NCBI GenBank assembly: GCA_963840035.1
Contig: CAWIXE010000001.1
Location: forward strand, 64,001 to 128,000
Length of the DNA stretch: 64,000 bases
Reading direction: 5' to 3'
DNA from: a candidate division FCPU426 bacterium
GTDB taxonomy: Bacteria > Oederibacteriota > PGYV01 > Palsa-1178
The notes under the pieces are model-generated. The model was not told where the DNA came from. It did not search any database and worked only from the letters and a program-made list of their open reading frames with translations. The translations under genes were made by a program, and so were the position numbers. This document shows positions 19,366 to 28,198 of the stretch, one piece after another (the first letter of the stretch is position 1; every line of letters begins with the position of its first letter).

Positions 19366-19440
19366 ATAGCATATATACCAAATATAAAAGCCCGTGTCAA
19401 GAAATATAAAATAATTTTAATTTTGATGTTGGCTTACAGG

Positions 19441-19809
19441 TTATACAGAAGTTTTTTTGCCTTTTTTGTAAATTTCAACTTTTTCGGCCGAGCCGTCCTT
19501 GGCGTAACAAATCCACTGGCCTTCTTTTAATCCGGAAACAAAGTTTCCCTTCCTTTTAATCAGCCCTGAATCAATATCATAAAACTCCGTATACTCCCCG
19601 TGCAGCACTCCCATATCATAATTGGCTTCAACATAAAGGCTTGTTTCAGGGTCATAGCTGACGTACATGCCGTGATAAACAACTGACGGCCCTTTACAGC
19701 CTCCTGAACAGCCGCATCCGGATGAACATTTTTCAGCGGATTTTTTTACCGCCTTCTTCTTTTTTGCCGGCTTTGCTTTTGCCTTTACTTTTGTCTTTTT
19801 AACAGCCAT
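19441..19809 (-). CDS. MORN-variant repeat (YwqK-like) protein with Lys-rich N-terminus
   Basis: GVLHGEYTEFY, GLKEGQWICY repeats. Confidence 0.75.
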   Translation of the reverse strand: MAVKKTKVKAKAKPAKKKKAVKKSAEKCSSGCGCSGGCKGPSVVYHGMYVSYDPETSLYVEANYDMGVLHGEYTEFYDIDSGLIKRKGNFVSGLKEGQWICYAKDGSAEKVEIYKKGKKTSV

Positions 19810-19810
19810 T

Positions 19811-20119
19811 TTATTTTGTTTCATCCTCGTCATCGTACATGGTGCGCTCCAAAAGCTCGCCCCTGTTCCATATTTTTACCGACTCGACGCGCCCTTTTTT
19901 ATCAAACTCTGTCCAGACGCCCTGCTTTGTGCCGTTTTCATAATGGCCCTCAGTCTTTATTGCCTTTTTTTCCTCGTCAAAAAACTCCTTGTACACGCCG
20001 TGCATGATGCCGTTCTCGAATTTAGCGAGTTTGCTTGTCTTAGTGTAGGGGTCATAAGCGTCATAGGTGCCGTTCAAAGTGCTTACAATAAAATCGCTGC
20101 CGTGCTTTTTTTCAGCCAT
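19811..20119 (-). CDS. MORN-variant repeat (YwqK-like) protein
   Basis: NGIMHGVYKEFF, YENGTKQGVWTEF. Confidence 0.78.
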   Translation of the reverse strand: MAEKKHGSDFIVSTLNGTYDAYDPYTKTSKLAKFENGIMHGVYKEFFDEEKKAIKTEGHYENGTKQGVWTEFDKKGRVESVKIWNRGELLERTMYDDEDETK

Positions 20120-20211
20120 TTTTTGCGCCTCCAGAGGAATTGTAATTACAGAAAAATTATAACAAAATTACAGGCGGTGTTCAATGATTTTTATAGGGAC
20201 GGCCTTTTGGC

Positions 20212-20550
20212 CTAAAAAGCCTTTACCGCGTTTTCCACATCCTGGTGGTACTGGAAGATGTTCACAAAATCAAGAAGTTCGAATATTTCAAGCACTTCCC
20301 TTTTCATGCTGGCTATTTTTATGTCTCCCTTTGACTTCCTGACCTCGTGCAGGTAGCCCACAAAAAGCCCCCATCCGGCGCTGCTTACATAATCAGTCTT
20401 CTCAAGGTCTATGACTATCTTATACTCCCCGGCTTTAATGGTGTCTTCTATGGCTGTTTTTAGTATTCCGGAATTATCCGAATCAATGAACCCTATGCAC
20501 TTCAGCACAACTACATCCCCGCGCTTATCCTTGTTAAGTGTTAGAGCCAT
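20212..20550 (-). CDS. STAS domain anti-sigma-factor antagonist
   Basis: IVIDLEKTDYVSSAGWG. Confidence 0.9.
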   Translation of the reverse strand: MALTLNKDKRGDVVVLKCIGFIDSDNSGILKTAIEDTIKAGEYKIVIDLEKTDYVSSAGWGLFVGYLHEVRKSKGDIKIASMKREVLEIFELLDFVNIFQYHQDVENAVKAF

Positions 20551-20562
20551 AATCCCCCCTTA

Positions 20563-20904
20563 TTAAAATGCCCTGACAGCCTTTTCCACGTCCCCAAAAT
20601 ATTCAAGTATGTGCGTAAAATCCAGCACCTCATACACCTCAAGCACTTCAGGCTTCATATTCGCGAGCTTAATGTCGCCTTTATTTTTCATCAGGTTCTT
20701 TTTATATCCCACAAATATTCCCCAGCCGGCGCTGCTTATGTAATCAGTCCCCGCAAGGTCTAATATTATCCTGTATTTTTTCGCTTTCAGCGCCTCTTCC
20801 ATGGCAGCCTCGAGGATGGACGAAGTCAGGGTATCTATAAAGCCTTCTGTCTTCATAATACGGACGTTCTGCTTATCCTCTATTTTTATCTTCAAATTTT
20901 CCAT
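20563..20904 (-). CDS. STAS domain anti-sigma-factor antagonist
   Basis: IILDLAGTDYISSAGWG; tandem paralogue. Confidence 0.9.
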   Translation of the reverse strand: MENLKIKIEDKQNVRIMKTEGFIDTLTSSILEAAMEEALKAKKYRIILDLAGTDYISSAGWGIFVGYKKNLMKNKGDIKLANMKPEVLEVYEVLDFTHILEYFGDVEKAVRAF

Positions 20905-20968
20905 GCAATCTCCCCATATTCTTTTTATCGCCGGCCCGGCAGTATACGCTGCCGTTTATAAAATCGCG

Positions 20969-21412
20969 CTAACGCCCCAGAATCTTCAGCATATTCACGC
21001 CGGTTTCAGCGTCCATTTCCTTCATCGCTTTCATCCCTTTTAGCTCTATAAGCATGGCTTCAATTGTAATGAATATTTTTGTGTCTTTCCTGACACAGCC
21101 CGTCATGGTTTTTCCGCCTTTTCCCATGGACGTATGTATGTGAACCTGGGGGCCCTGGGCCCCTGAAAAAACAGAACCCGTTCCGAATACCTCCCACGCG
21201 TCCTTAAAAGAGAGCCATTTCGGGTCCGGAGGAATCACGGGCTTTACCGGACCTGCAACAATTTTTCCTTCCTTAAGCGCCCCGAGAAAAACAAAAAACG
21301 CCGTACTTATCTTTTCTTTTTTCACAAAGTTCAGTATCTCGATGTTAAAATCATCATTATTGTCAAACTTCAGGGTAAATACCCTTCCTATTTTCCCGGC
21401 TGTATATTTCAT
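20969..21412 (-). CDS. PPC/DUF296 domain protein
   Basis: LGAL, WEVFGTG, VHIHTSMG motifs. Confidence 0.85.
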   Translation of the reverse strand: MKYTAGKIGRVFTLKFDNNDDFNIEILNFVKKEKISTAFFVFLGALKEGKIVAGPVKPVIPPDPKWLSFKDAWEVFGTGSVFSGAQGPQVHIHTSMGKGGKTMTGCVRKDTKIFITIEAMLIELKGMKAMKEMDAETGVNMLKILGR

Positions 21413-21606
21413 TTTTCCTCCGGAGCTGCCTGTACTTTTTTGGGCTGCGTCCTGTTAAGTGTTATTGACATGACAAGTATGGCGGCAAGTCCGAAACCCG
21501 CGCCTGTGTAAAAAAGGTTTTCCTGCCCCGAGCCCGCGAGTATAAACCCCGCTATGGCCAGCATAAACGACAGGGCAACGCCGCATATAATTAATATTGT
21601 TTTCAT
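21409..21606 (-). CDS. Small 2-TM membrane protein
   Basis: Two hydrophobic helices; overlaps the next gene by 4 bp; start uncertain (TTG 21618 alternative). Confidence 0.65.
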   Translation of the reverse strand: MKTILIICGVALSFMLAIAGFILAGSGQENLFYTGAGFGLAAILVMSITLNRTQPKKVQAAPEEK

Positions 21607-21618
21607 TAAGCGTCCCAA

Positions 21619-21942
21619 TTATCCTTCGACTTCGCCGACGTTCAATTCCCTTGTTAAAAACATGGAGCCGTCGTCCTGTGCGGACTGTTCCCTTGGATTG
21701 ATTGATCCTTTAAACCTGATTATCACACCGTCCCTGGAGTTGCTTAACGCTTTTGACAGGTCAGAAAGCAGTTTTTTTGCCCTGCCGGGGCTTAAGTATA
21801 TGTTTGGTGTTTCAGGCAGGACCAGAAATGAATTAGGCTTTAAAACGAACATATTGACATCAAGATCTATCACCTGTCTGTCAATCACCTTATCTTTTGA
21901 ACCCGCTTTTTTTTCTGCGGTTTTCTTTTTCTTCAGGGCCAT
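21619..21942 (-). CDS. Hypothetical protein
   Basis: ORF with strong AAAGGAGG RBS before ATG 21942. Confidence 0.7.
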   Translation of the reverse strand: MALKKKKTAEKKAGSKDKVIDRQVIDLDVNMFVLKPNSFLVLPETPNIYLSPGRAKKLLSDLSKALSNSRDGVIIRFKGSINPREQSAQDDGSMFLTRELNVGEVEG

Positions 21943-22028
21943 GACCAACCCTCCTTTACTTTGCTGTTTATTCACATCTACATTATACATTAAATCCGGC
22001 CATTATAAAAGAAAAACCAATAATATTT

Positions 22029-23300
22029 TCAGGCTTTAGCCTCAATATGACTGTTTTCGTCTTCCTTATAGCGCTCCCTGATGGCCTTTATTATTTCATA
22101 GATCTGAAAGAATGAATCCACAACTTCAGGGTCAAAGTGTTTTCCGGCATTTTCCCTTATATACCCGAGGGTCTTTTCCTCTTCCCAGGCGTCCTTATAA
22201 ACCCTTTTCGACATCAACGCGTCATATACATCGGCTAACGCGACTATGCGGCCGGTAATGGGAATCTCTTCCTCTTTTTTCCCGCCGCCTAAGGTAACCT
22301 CTTCGGAGAGCTGAAGGTCCGTCAATTTCCCTGGATATCCGGTGCCGTCCCACTTTTCATGGTGGGAGAGCGCTATCTCCGCGGCCATCGCGTCAAGCTC
22401 GGACTCCTTGGCTGAAAACAGCCTGTACCCGAGTATGGTATGCATCTTCATTTTATTGAATTCAGCCTCATCAAGCTTTCCCGGTTTTTTCAGTATCTGG
22501 TCAGATATGGCCACCTTGCCCGCGTCATGGAGCATGGCCGCTATCCTTAACTTATCCTTATACCTCCTGATAAATTCCGGAGGAAACCCCCTGTTTTCCG
22601 CCCATCTGTGGTATATCTCCACGGCGTAAGCTCCCATCCTGTTAACATGCATCCCGGTTTCTTTAGGGTCGCGGAACTCGACCATCCTTAACATGCGCAG
22701 CACCATCTGTCTTGTTGACTTCGCCCTTTCTATGGCCATGGCCGCGTCATTGGCAAAGTATGATATGAAAATTTTATCCTGCTCGCTGAAGGATGTTACC
22801 TTCCCGGAAGCGTTTTTCGCGTTAATAACCTGCATGACGCCTATTACCTTGTTTCTTATTGTTTTTAGCGGAATGGAAATTATTGATTTTGTCCTGTATT
22901 TGTTAACCGTGTCAAAATCCTTATTAAATGTACAATCGCATTTCGCGTTATTTTTCGGCATCTTATAGACGTCTTTAAACTCCAGTATCTTTCCCATTTT
23001 TACTGTGGCACCGGCTATAGACCCGTCATCTATCGGAATTTCCTTGTTTAAATAATTATAACGCATGGAAGGATTTTTGGAAAAAAGGACCTCGTTCTGG
23101 GTGTAGTTCATCACGAGTTTGTCTTCATCTACGAGGAAAATGGTGCCGCTTTCAGCCTTTGTAAAACGCCGCACTTCAAAAAGCACCTTATCCAGAAGGA
23201 CATCAATGTCAGCTATGTTATTTATCTCCTCGGATATTTTGAGGATTTCCTTTAGTATTTCCCTGTCGGATTTTATTTTTTCCTTCTTTTTTCCGCGCAT
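22029..23300 (-). CDS. GAF + HD-GYP cyclic-dinucleotide phosphodiesterase
   Basis: ETGMHVNRM, LHDAGK, HHEKWDGTGYP, LADVYDAL; N-terminal GAF (GVMQVIN). Confidence 0.92.
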   Translation of the reverse strand: MRGKKKEKIKSDREILKEILKISEEINNIADIDVLLDKVLFEVRRFTKAESGTIFLVDEDKLVMNYTQNEVLFSKNPSMRYNYLNKEIPIDDGSIAGATVKMGKILEFKDVYKMPKNNAKCDCTFNKDFDTVNKYRTKSIISIPLKTIRNKVIGVMQVINAKNASGKVTSFSEQDKIFISYFANDAAMAIERAKSTRQMVLRMLRMVEFRDPKETGMHVNRMGAYAVEIYHRWAENRGFPPEFIRRYKDKLRIAAMLHDAGKVAISDQILKKPGKLDEAEFNKMKMHTILGYRLFSAKESELDAMAAEIALSHHEKWDGTGYPGKLTDLQLSEEVTLGGGKKEEEIPITGRIVALADVYDALMSKRVYKDAWEEEKTLGYIRENAGKHFDPEVVDSFFQIYEIIKAIRERYKEDENSHIEAKA

Positions 23301-23383
23301 GTAGCACCTATAGGATATATTTTTGTACCGATAATAATTATACCATATCTTTTGACCGTTGTCAGGTTTTTTGTTAGTTTTTG

Positions 23384-24433
23384 TTACAGGCTGATAAATC
23401 CGCTTCCAATTACGGCGTTTCCTCTGTAAAACACCGCAAGCTGGCCGGGCGTTACGGCTTCCTGGGCTGTTCCAAATACCGCAATACCTTTTTTCCCTTC
23501 AAGGCGTATTTTAGCGGGCCATCTTTTCTGCATATACCTTATCCTGACATAGGCTGTAAATGACGCCGCTTTAACAGGAATAAACATTTTAACATCCTCA
23601 AGCTTTATTTCTTTGCTTGCCGCTTCAGACCTGTCGCCTAATATTACCCTCTTTTTTTCGGCGTCTATGGCGACGACATAAACAGGTTTGCCCGCTGAAA
23701 CACCCAGCCCCTTGCGCTGCCCTACAGTGTATTTAAAATACGCTCCGTCCTCAATGTCGCGTATTTTATCCCCTCCGGAATAATACAGGCTGCCCTTTTC
23801 CATGGAACTTATATCAGCGCTGCGGGCTATGAATTCATAAGGGGTTTCCTTATCCCTTAAAAAACATATTTCCTGGCTCTCGCGTTTTTCCACATAAATT
23901 GACTTCTTAATTGCCAGCGCCTTTACCTCTTCTTTGGTCCTGTTTCCCAGCGGGAATTTAACGCGCGGCAGCCATTTTTTATCAAGCCTCGCCAGAAAAT
24001 ACTCCTGCGACTTTTTTTTATCCCTGCCCGCGCCGATAAGCAGCGCCCCGTTTTTTTTCACTATCCGCGCGTAATGGCCCGTGGCTATATAGTCAAACTT
24101 AAGTTCCTTCATTTTTTTTATAAGCGCGGCGAATTTTATGGTGTCGTTGCAGACGACGCACGGGTTAGGGGTTAAGCCATTAATGTAACCGGAGATGAAA
24201 GGGTCCACGACTTTCTTTTTGAATTCTTTCTTGAGGTTCAGCACATAGTGCCTGATGCCGAGCTTAAAGCATGCCCGCTTCGCGTCCATGATATCGTCAT
24301 AATTGCAGCAGCGTGAGGCGTCGTCCCAGAGCTTCAATGTAAGGCCGACTACTTCATGGCCCTCATCCTTCAGGATGGAGGCGGCAACTGTCGAATCAAC
24401 GCCGCCTGACATGCCTACGAATATGCGGGACAT
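23384..24433 (-). CDS. mnmA: tRNA 2-thiouridylase
   Basis: MSGGVDS, TPNPCVVCN, ATGHYA, ESQEICF, TVGQRKGL, TPGQ. Confidence 0.95.
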   Translation of the reverse strand: MSRIFVGMSGGVDSTVAASILKDEGHEVVGLTLKLWDDASRCCNYDDIMDAKRACFKLGIRHYVLNLKKEFKKKVVDPFISGYINGLTPNPCVVCNDTIKFAALIKKMKELKFDYIATGHYARIVKKNGALLIGAGRDKKKSQEYFLARLDKKWLPRVKFPLGNRTKEEVKALAIKKSIYVEKRESQEICFLRDKETPYEFIARSADISSMEKGSLYYSGGDKIRDIEDGAYFKYTVGQRKGLGVSAGKPVYVVAIDAEKKRVILGDRSEAASKEIKLEDVKMFIPVKAASFTAYVRIRYMQKRWPAKIRLEGKKGIAVFGTAQEAVTPGQLAVFYRGNAVIGSGFISL

Positions 24434-24481
24434 AAGCTAAGCACATGGCCCAAAGTAAATAGCCCAAGTAAAACAGTTCAC

Positions 24482-24886
24482 TTATCCCTCTTGGGCTTTG
24501 GGCCCTGGGATTTGGGCTTTCTTTGCCCTGTAATCCTCTATCGCCTTCTTAATCCCGTCTTCCGCCAGGACAGAGCAGTGGTGCTTTTCCTTCGGAAGTC
24601 CTCCCAAAAGGTCGACTATCCTTTTATTGGAGACTTCAAGCGCCTCTTCCACTGTCTTGCCGATTACCAGTTCCGTGGCAAGAGAGGATGTGGCAATCGC
24701 GGCCACGCACCCGAACGTTTCAAACTTGCAGTCTGTTATGATGTTGTTCTCCACTTTTATATATATCCACATGACATCCCCGCATACCGGGTTGCCTACT
24801 TTTCCTATTCCGGAGGCATTTTCTATCCTGCCGTTATTTGTCATGTCTTTGAACTGCTTTATCACTTTTTCGCTATACTGTTGCAT
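24482..24886 (-). CDS. iscU: Fe-S cluster scaffold IscU/NifU-N
   Basis: GNPVCGD, FGCVAAIA, KHHCS; ATG 24886 with GGAGG. Confidence 0.92.
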   Translation of the reverse strand: MQQYSEKVIKQFKDMTNNGRIENASGIGKVGNPVCGDVMWIYIKVENNIITDCKFETFGCVAAIATSSLATELVIGKTVEEALEVSNKRIVDLLGGLPKEKHHCSVLAEDGIKKAIEDYRAKKAQIPGPKAQEG

Positions 24887-24987
24887 GGGAGAACCTCCAG
24901 TATGTTGTGCTATGTGATGTGTGCTAAGTGGTATGTGGAAGGGCAGATCCTTCACTTAGCACATATCACGCGCCACTTATCACGCCT

Positions 24988-25896
24988 TTACAGGCTTAGC
25001 ATCTTCTCTATAGGCTTAATCGCCTTTTTCATTATCTCATCGGAAAGTTTTATCTCGTACTGTTCCTTTGTTATGGAGTCGTAAACGTCCTGGATCCTTG
25101 TTTTTTTCATGTTCGGGCATATTTTAGCGTTGCCCAGGGAGAAAAATTCCGCGTCCGGCCTTTCCTTTTTCAGCCTGTGTATGTGCCCCTCTTCGGTCCC
25201 CACTATGAACTTCTTATCAGGGCTTTCCTTTACGTATTTTATCATCGCGGCCGTGGATGCCACAAAATCCGCGAGCTCCAGCACCGACATGTCAGCTTCC
25301 GGGTGCGCCATAACTTTCGCGTCCGGGTGCGCCCTTCTGGTTTTTATTACCTCTTCCTTTGTAAAGCGCTGGTGCACATTGCATCCGCCTTCATGCAGTA
25401 TTATGTCCTTTTCAGGCACGTGTTTTTTTACCCACGCCCCCAGGTTTGAATCCGGAAGGAAAACCACCTGTTTTGTCGGCGCTTTCCTTACCATATCCAC
25501 GGCGTTTGCCGATGTGCAGCATATGTCCAGTGTCGACTTTACTTCCGCGCTGGTGTTTACATAACCCACTATGGTGGCGTCAGGATATTTTTCCCTGTAT
25601 GCCAGCGCTTCTTCCATCGTGATGCAGTCAGCCAGAGGGCATCCCGCGTCCCTCCTTGGTATCAGGACTTTTTTTCCGGGCGAAAGTATCTTCGCCGTCT
25701 CGGCCATAAAAAGCACTCCGCAAAAAATTATTATTTTTTCCTTTGCCGCGGCCGCTTTCCTGGAAAGTTCAAGCGAGTCCCCTGTAAAATCCGCCAGGTC
25801 CTGGACCTGCGGTATCTGGTAATTGTGGGCGATTATGAGGGCGTCTTTTTCCACTTTCAGTTTCTTTATTTCTTCGATCATCTGCGTTTCATTCAT
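24988..25896 (-). CDS. nadA: Quinolinate synthase
   Basis: AHNYQ, GDSL, FCGVLFMAE, AGCPLA, YVNT, CNVH, AHPE, CPNMK. Confidence 0.96.
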   Translation of the reverse strand: MNETQMIEEIKKLKVEKDALIIAHNYQIPQVQDLADFTGDSLELSRKAAAAKEKIIIFCGVLFMAETAKILSPGKKVLIPRRDAGCPLADCITMEEALAYREKYPDATIVGYVNTSAEVKSTLDICCTSANAVDMVRKAPTKQVVFLPDSNLGAWVKKHVPEKDIILHEGGCNVHQRFTKEEVIKTRRAHPDAKVMAHPEADMSVLELADFVASTAAMIKYVKESPDKKFIVGTEEGHIHRLKKERPDAEFFSLGNAKICPNMKKTRIQDVYDSITKEQYEIKLSDEIMKKAIKPIEKMLSL

Positions 25897-25993
25897 GTGA
25901 ACTCCTTTTATTTATTACGTGCTATGTGATATGTGGTAAGCGATATGTGCATTGCCTTACCTTGCCACTTATCACATAACACATATCACTTTT

Positions 25994-27172
25994 CTATTTT
26001 TTCCGTTCATTCCACATCGGCGACATTTTGCGCAGTTTTTCCACGGCTGGAGGCAGCACTTCAAATACTTTATCCACATCTTCGTCGGTGGAATACTTTG
26101 AAAATGAGAACCTGATGGACCCGTGCGCTGTTTCATGGGGCAGCCCGAGGGCTAAAAGCACATGCGACGGGTCAAGAGAGCCTGACGCGCATGCCGAGCC
26201 TGACGATACGCAGATGCCTTCGAAGTCCATGTGTATGAGCATTGCCTCGCCCTCTATATACTTTACACAAATATTGAGGGTGTTGTCCACCCTTTTTTCA
26301 GGATGTCCGTTCATTATTATCTCGGGAATCCTCTCAAAGAGCCCTTTTTCAAGCCTGTCGCGGAGCCCCTTAATGCGCGCCATGTCATTTTTATCATTTA
26401 AATGTTCCCCGGCGATGGTACATGCCTTTGCCATGCCTATTATGCCGGCAACATTCTCAGTACCGGAGCGCTTTGAGCTTTCCTGGTGTCCGCCCTGGGT
26501 GATGGAGTGTATGCGCACGCCTTTTTTCAGGTAAAATATCCCCACGCCTTTGGGGCCGTGGAATTTATGCGCCGAAAGAGAAAGCATGTCTATGTTCATT
26601 TTTTTGACGTCAATTGCCACCTTGCCCGGGACCTGAACCGCGTCAGTGTGGAAGTAAACCTTTGCTTCCCTTGCGATTGCTCCTATCTCCGCCACCGGCT
26701 CTATGGTGCCTATTTCATTATTGGCGAACATTATGGAAATAAGGACCGTGTCCTTCCTTATCGCGTTTTTCAGCTCCTGTAAATCTATCAGGCCGTATTT
26801 ATCCACGCCCAGATAAGTGACTTCCCAGCCGTGTTTCTCCATGTATTTGCAGGTCTCAAGTATGGCCGGATGCTCTATCTTTGAGGTAATGATGTGCTTT
26901 CCTTTATCAGTGTTGGCATATGCTATGCCTTTAATGGCCATGTTATCGGATTCCGTTCCGCCGGATGTGAATATGATCTCCTTCGGGTCGGCATTCAGAA
27001 ATTTCGCCGCTTCCTCGCGCGCGGCCTCCACGTCTTTCCTTATCTCCTGCGCGGCTGAATATACGCCGGAGGCGTTAAAATACTTTTCCGTAAAATAAGG
27101 CTCCATGGCCTTTAACACTTCAGGGTCTGTTTTTGTGGTCGCGTTGTTGTCCAGGTAATATAATTTTGCCAT
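25994..27172 (-). CDS. iscS: Cysteine desulfurase IscS/NifS
   Basis: YLDNNATT, FTSGGTE, HTDAVQ, SAHKFHGPKG, SSGSACAS. Confidence 0.95.
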   Translation of the reverse strand: MAKLYYLDNNATTKTDPEVLKAMEPYFTEKYFNASGVYSAAQEIRKDVEAAREEAAKFLNADPKEIIFTSGGTESDNMAIKGIAYANTDKGKHIITSKIEHPAILETCKYMEKHGWEVTYLGVDKYGLIDLQELKNAIRKDTVLISIMFANNEIGTIEPVAEIGAIAREAKVYFHTDAVQVPGKVAIDVKKMNIDMLSLSAHKFHGPKGVGIFYLKKGVRIHSITQGGHQESSKRSGTENVAGIIGMAKACTIAGEHLNDKNDMARIKGLRDRLEKGLFERIPEIIMNGHPEKRVDNTLNICVKYIEGEAMLIHMDFEGICVSSGSACASGSLDPSHVLLALGLPHETAHGSIRFSFSKYSTDEDVDKVFEVLPPAVEKLRKMSPMWNERKK

Positions 27173-27182
27173 GTCCGTCTCC

Positions 27183-27614
27183 TCACTTTTTTCCCATTGC
27201 CATGTGGGTGTCAGATACCTCAAGCAGGGTTGTTTTCTGTAAAAATCCGTTCACGAGCTTATCAAGCCTTACCCATACGTTCCTGATGCCGCATTTTTTC
27301 GCGTTCCCGCAGTTGTCTATGTCAGCGGCGCATTTCGTGGATGAAGTGCCTTTTTCTACGGCATCAAGTATGTCAAAAACCGTTATTTCCTCAGGCTTTT
27401 TTTCCAGCTTAAAACCGCCTTTTTCGCCCTTTATTGACGCCACTAACCCGGCTTTCCTTAAATTAACGAATATGTTCTCAAGGTAGCGGTTGGATATATT
27501 CTCCTTAACCGATATTTCCTTGATTGATACCGGGGCGTTTCCCCTGGAGTTATATGATACTGCCAGGTGCGTTAAAGCCCTGAGTGCGTACCTTCCTTTT
27601 GTTGATATGTTCAT
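27183..27614 (-). CDS. Rrf2 family regulator (IscR-like) heading the isc operon
   Basis: STKGRYALRA, YLENI, three C-terminal Cys; adjacent to iscS. Confidence 0.9.
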   Translation of the reverse strand: MNISTKGRYALRALTHLAVSYNSRGNAPVSIKEISVKENISNRYLENIFVNLRKAGLVASIKGEKGGFKLEKKPEEITVFDILDAVEKGTSSTKCAADIDNCGNAKKCGIRNVWVRLDKLVNGFLQKTTLLEVSDTHMAMGKK

Positions 27615-27634
27615 TTATACCTCGCTTTGGTGAT

Positions 27635-27682
27635 ATATCACCTTGTTAGTGATATTGTAGCAAAAATGGTGGGGTTTGTCAA
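27635..27682 (-). promoter_or_regulatory. Sigma70 promoter with candidate autoregulatory Rrf2 operator
   Basis: TTGACA-N17-TACAAT; palindrome ATATCACCTTGTTAGTGATAT at 27635..27655. Confidence 0.72.
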
Positions 27683-27845
27683 GTGGGACAAGTATTCATG
27701 AGATAAGAGACAGGAGACTGGAGACAAAAGTAAAACGAAAAGCATACCATTTCGCCGAGTTCTTTTCTCCTGTCTCCTGAACTTATATCTTGACTGTCAT
27801 CTTATATATGAGATATTACTATTATTAAATTTCAGGAGGTTTGTT

Positions 27846-28136
27846 ATGAAAAAAATTTTCCCGTTATTATCCGTGTTGCTTTTTATTTCCTGCGTATCCA
27901 CAGGCCCTTTTAAGCAGGATGTTTCCGGCGGGAGCGCCCTTGTTATCGCATCAGGTGGCGTATCTGAAACCATAGTCAGCAGACAGGTTGATTTAAATGA
28001 GAACTCCATCGTCGCCTCCATCAAAGCCGGTGACATGGTGAAAGTAATCAAAAAAACCGCGGCTGCCGCGCTTGTGCAGCTTCCTGACGGCAAAACAGGC
28101 TGGATGGACATAAAATTCCTGAAGGAAGGAAAATAA
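27846..28136 (+). CDS. Small lipoprotein with SH3-like domain
   Basis: Lipobox FISC; GDMVKV...VQLPDGKTGWM; AGGAGG RBS. Confidence 0.75.
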   Translation: MKKIFPLLSVLLFISCVSTGPFKQDVSGGSALVIASGGVSETIVSRQVDLNENSIVASIKAGDMVKVIKKTAAAALVQLPDGKTGWMDIKFLKEGK

Positions 28137-28142
28137 AATATA

Positions 28143-28170
28143 AAGGGGCGGGATTTCTCCCGCCCCTTTC
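28143..28170. terminator. Bidirectional terminator between convergent genes
   Basis: AAAGGGGCGGGA-TTTC-TCCCGCCCCTTT. Confidence 0.7.
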
Positions 28171-28198
28171 CCGGACTTTTACCTTTCAGTTTTTGCCT

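Noticed and set aside
19441..20119. Toxin-antitoxin system from YwqK-like similarity
   Set aside because: MORN-variant repeats alone are not diagnostic and no toxin gene is adjacent
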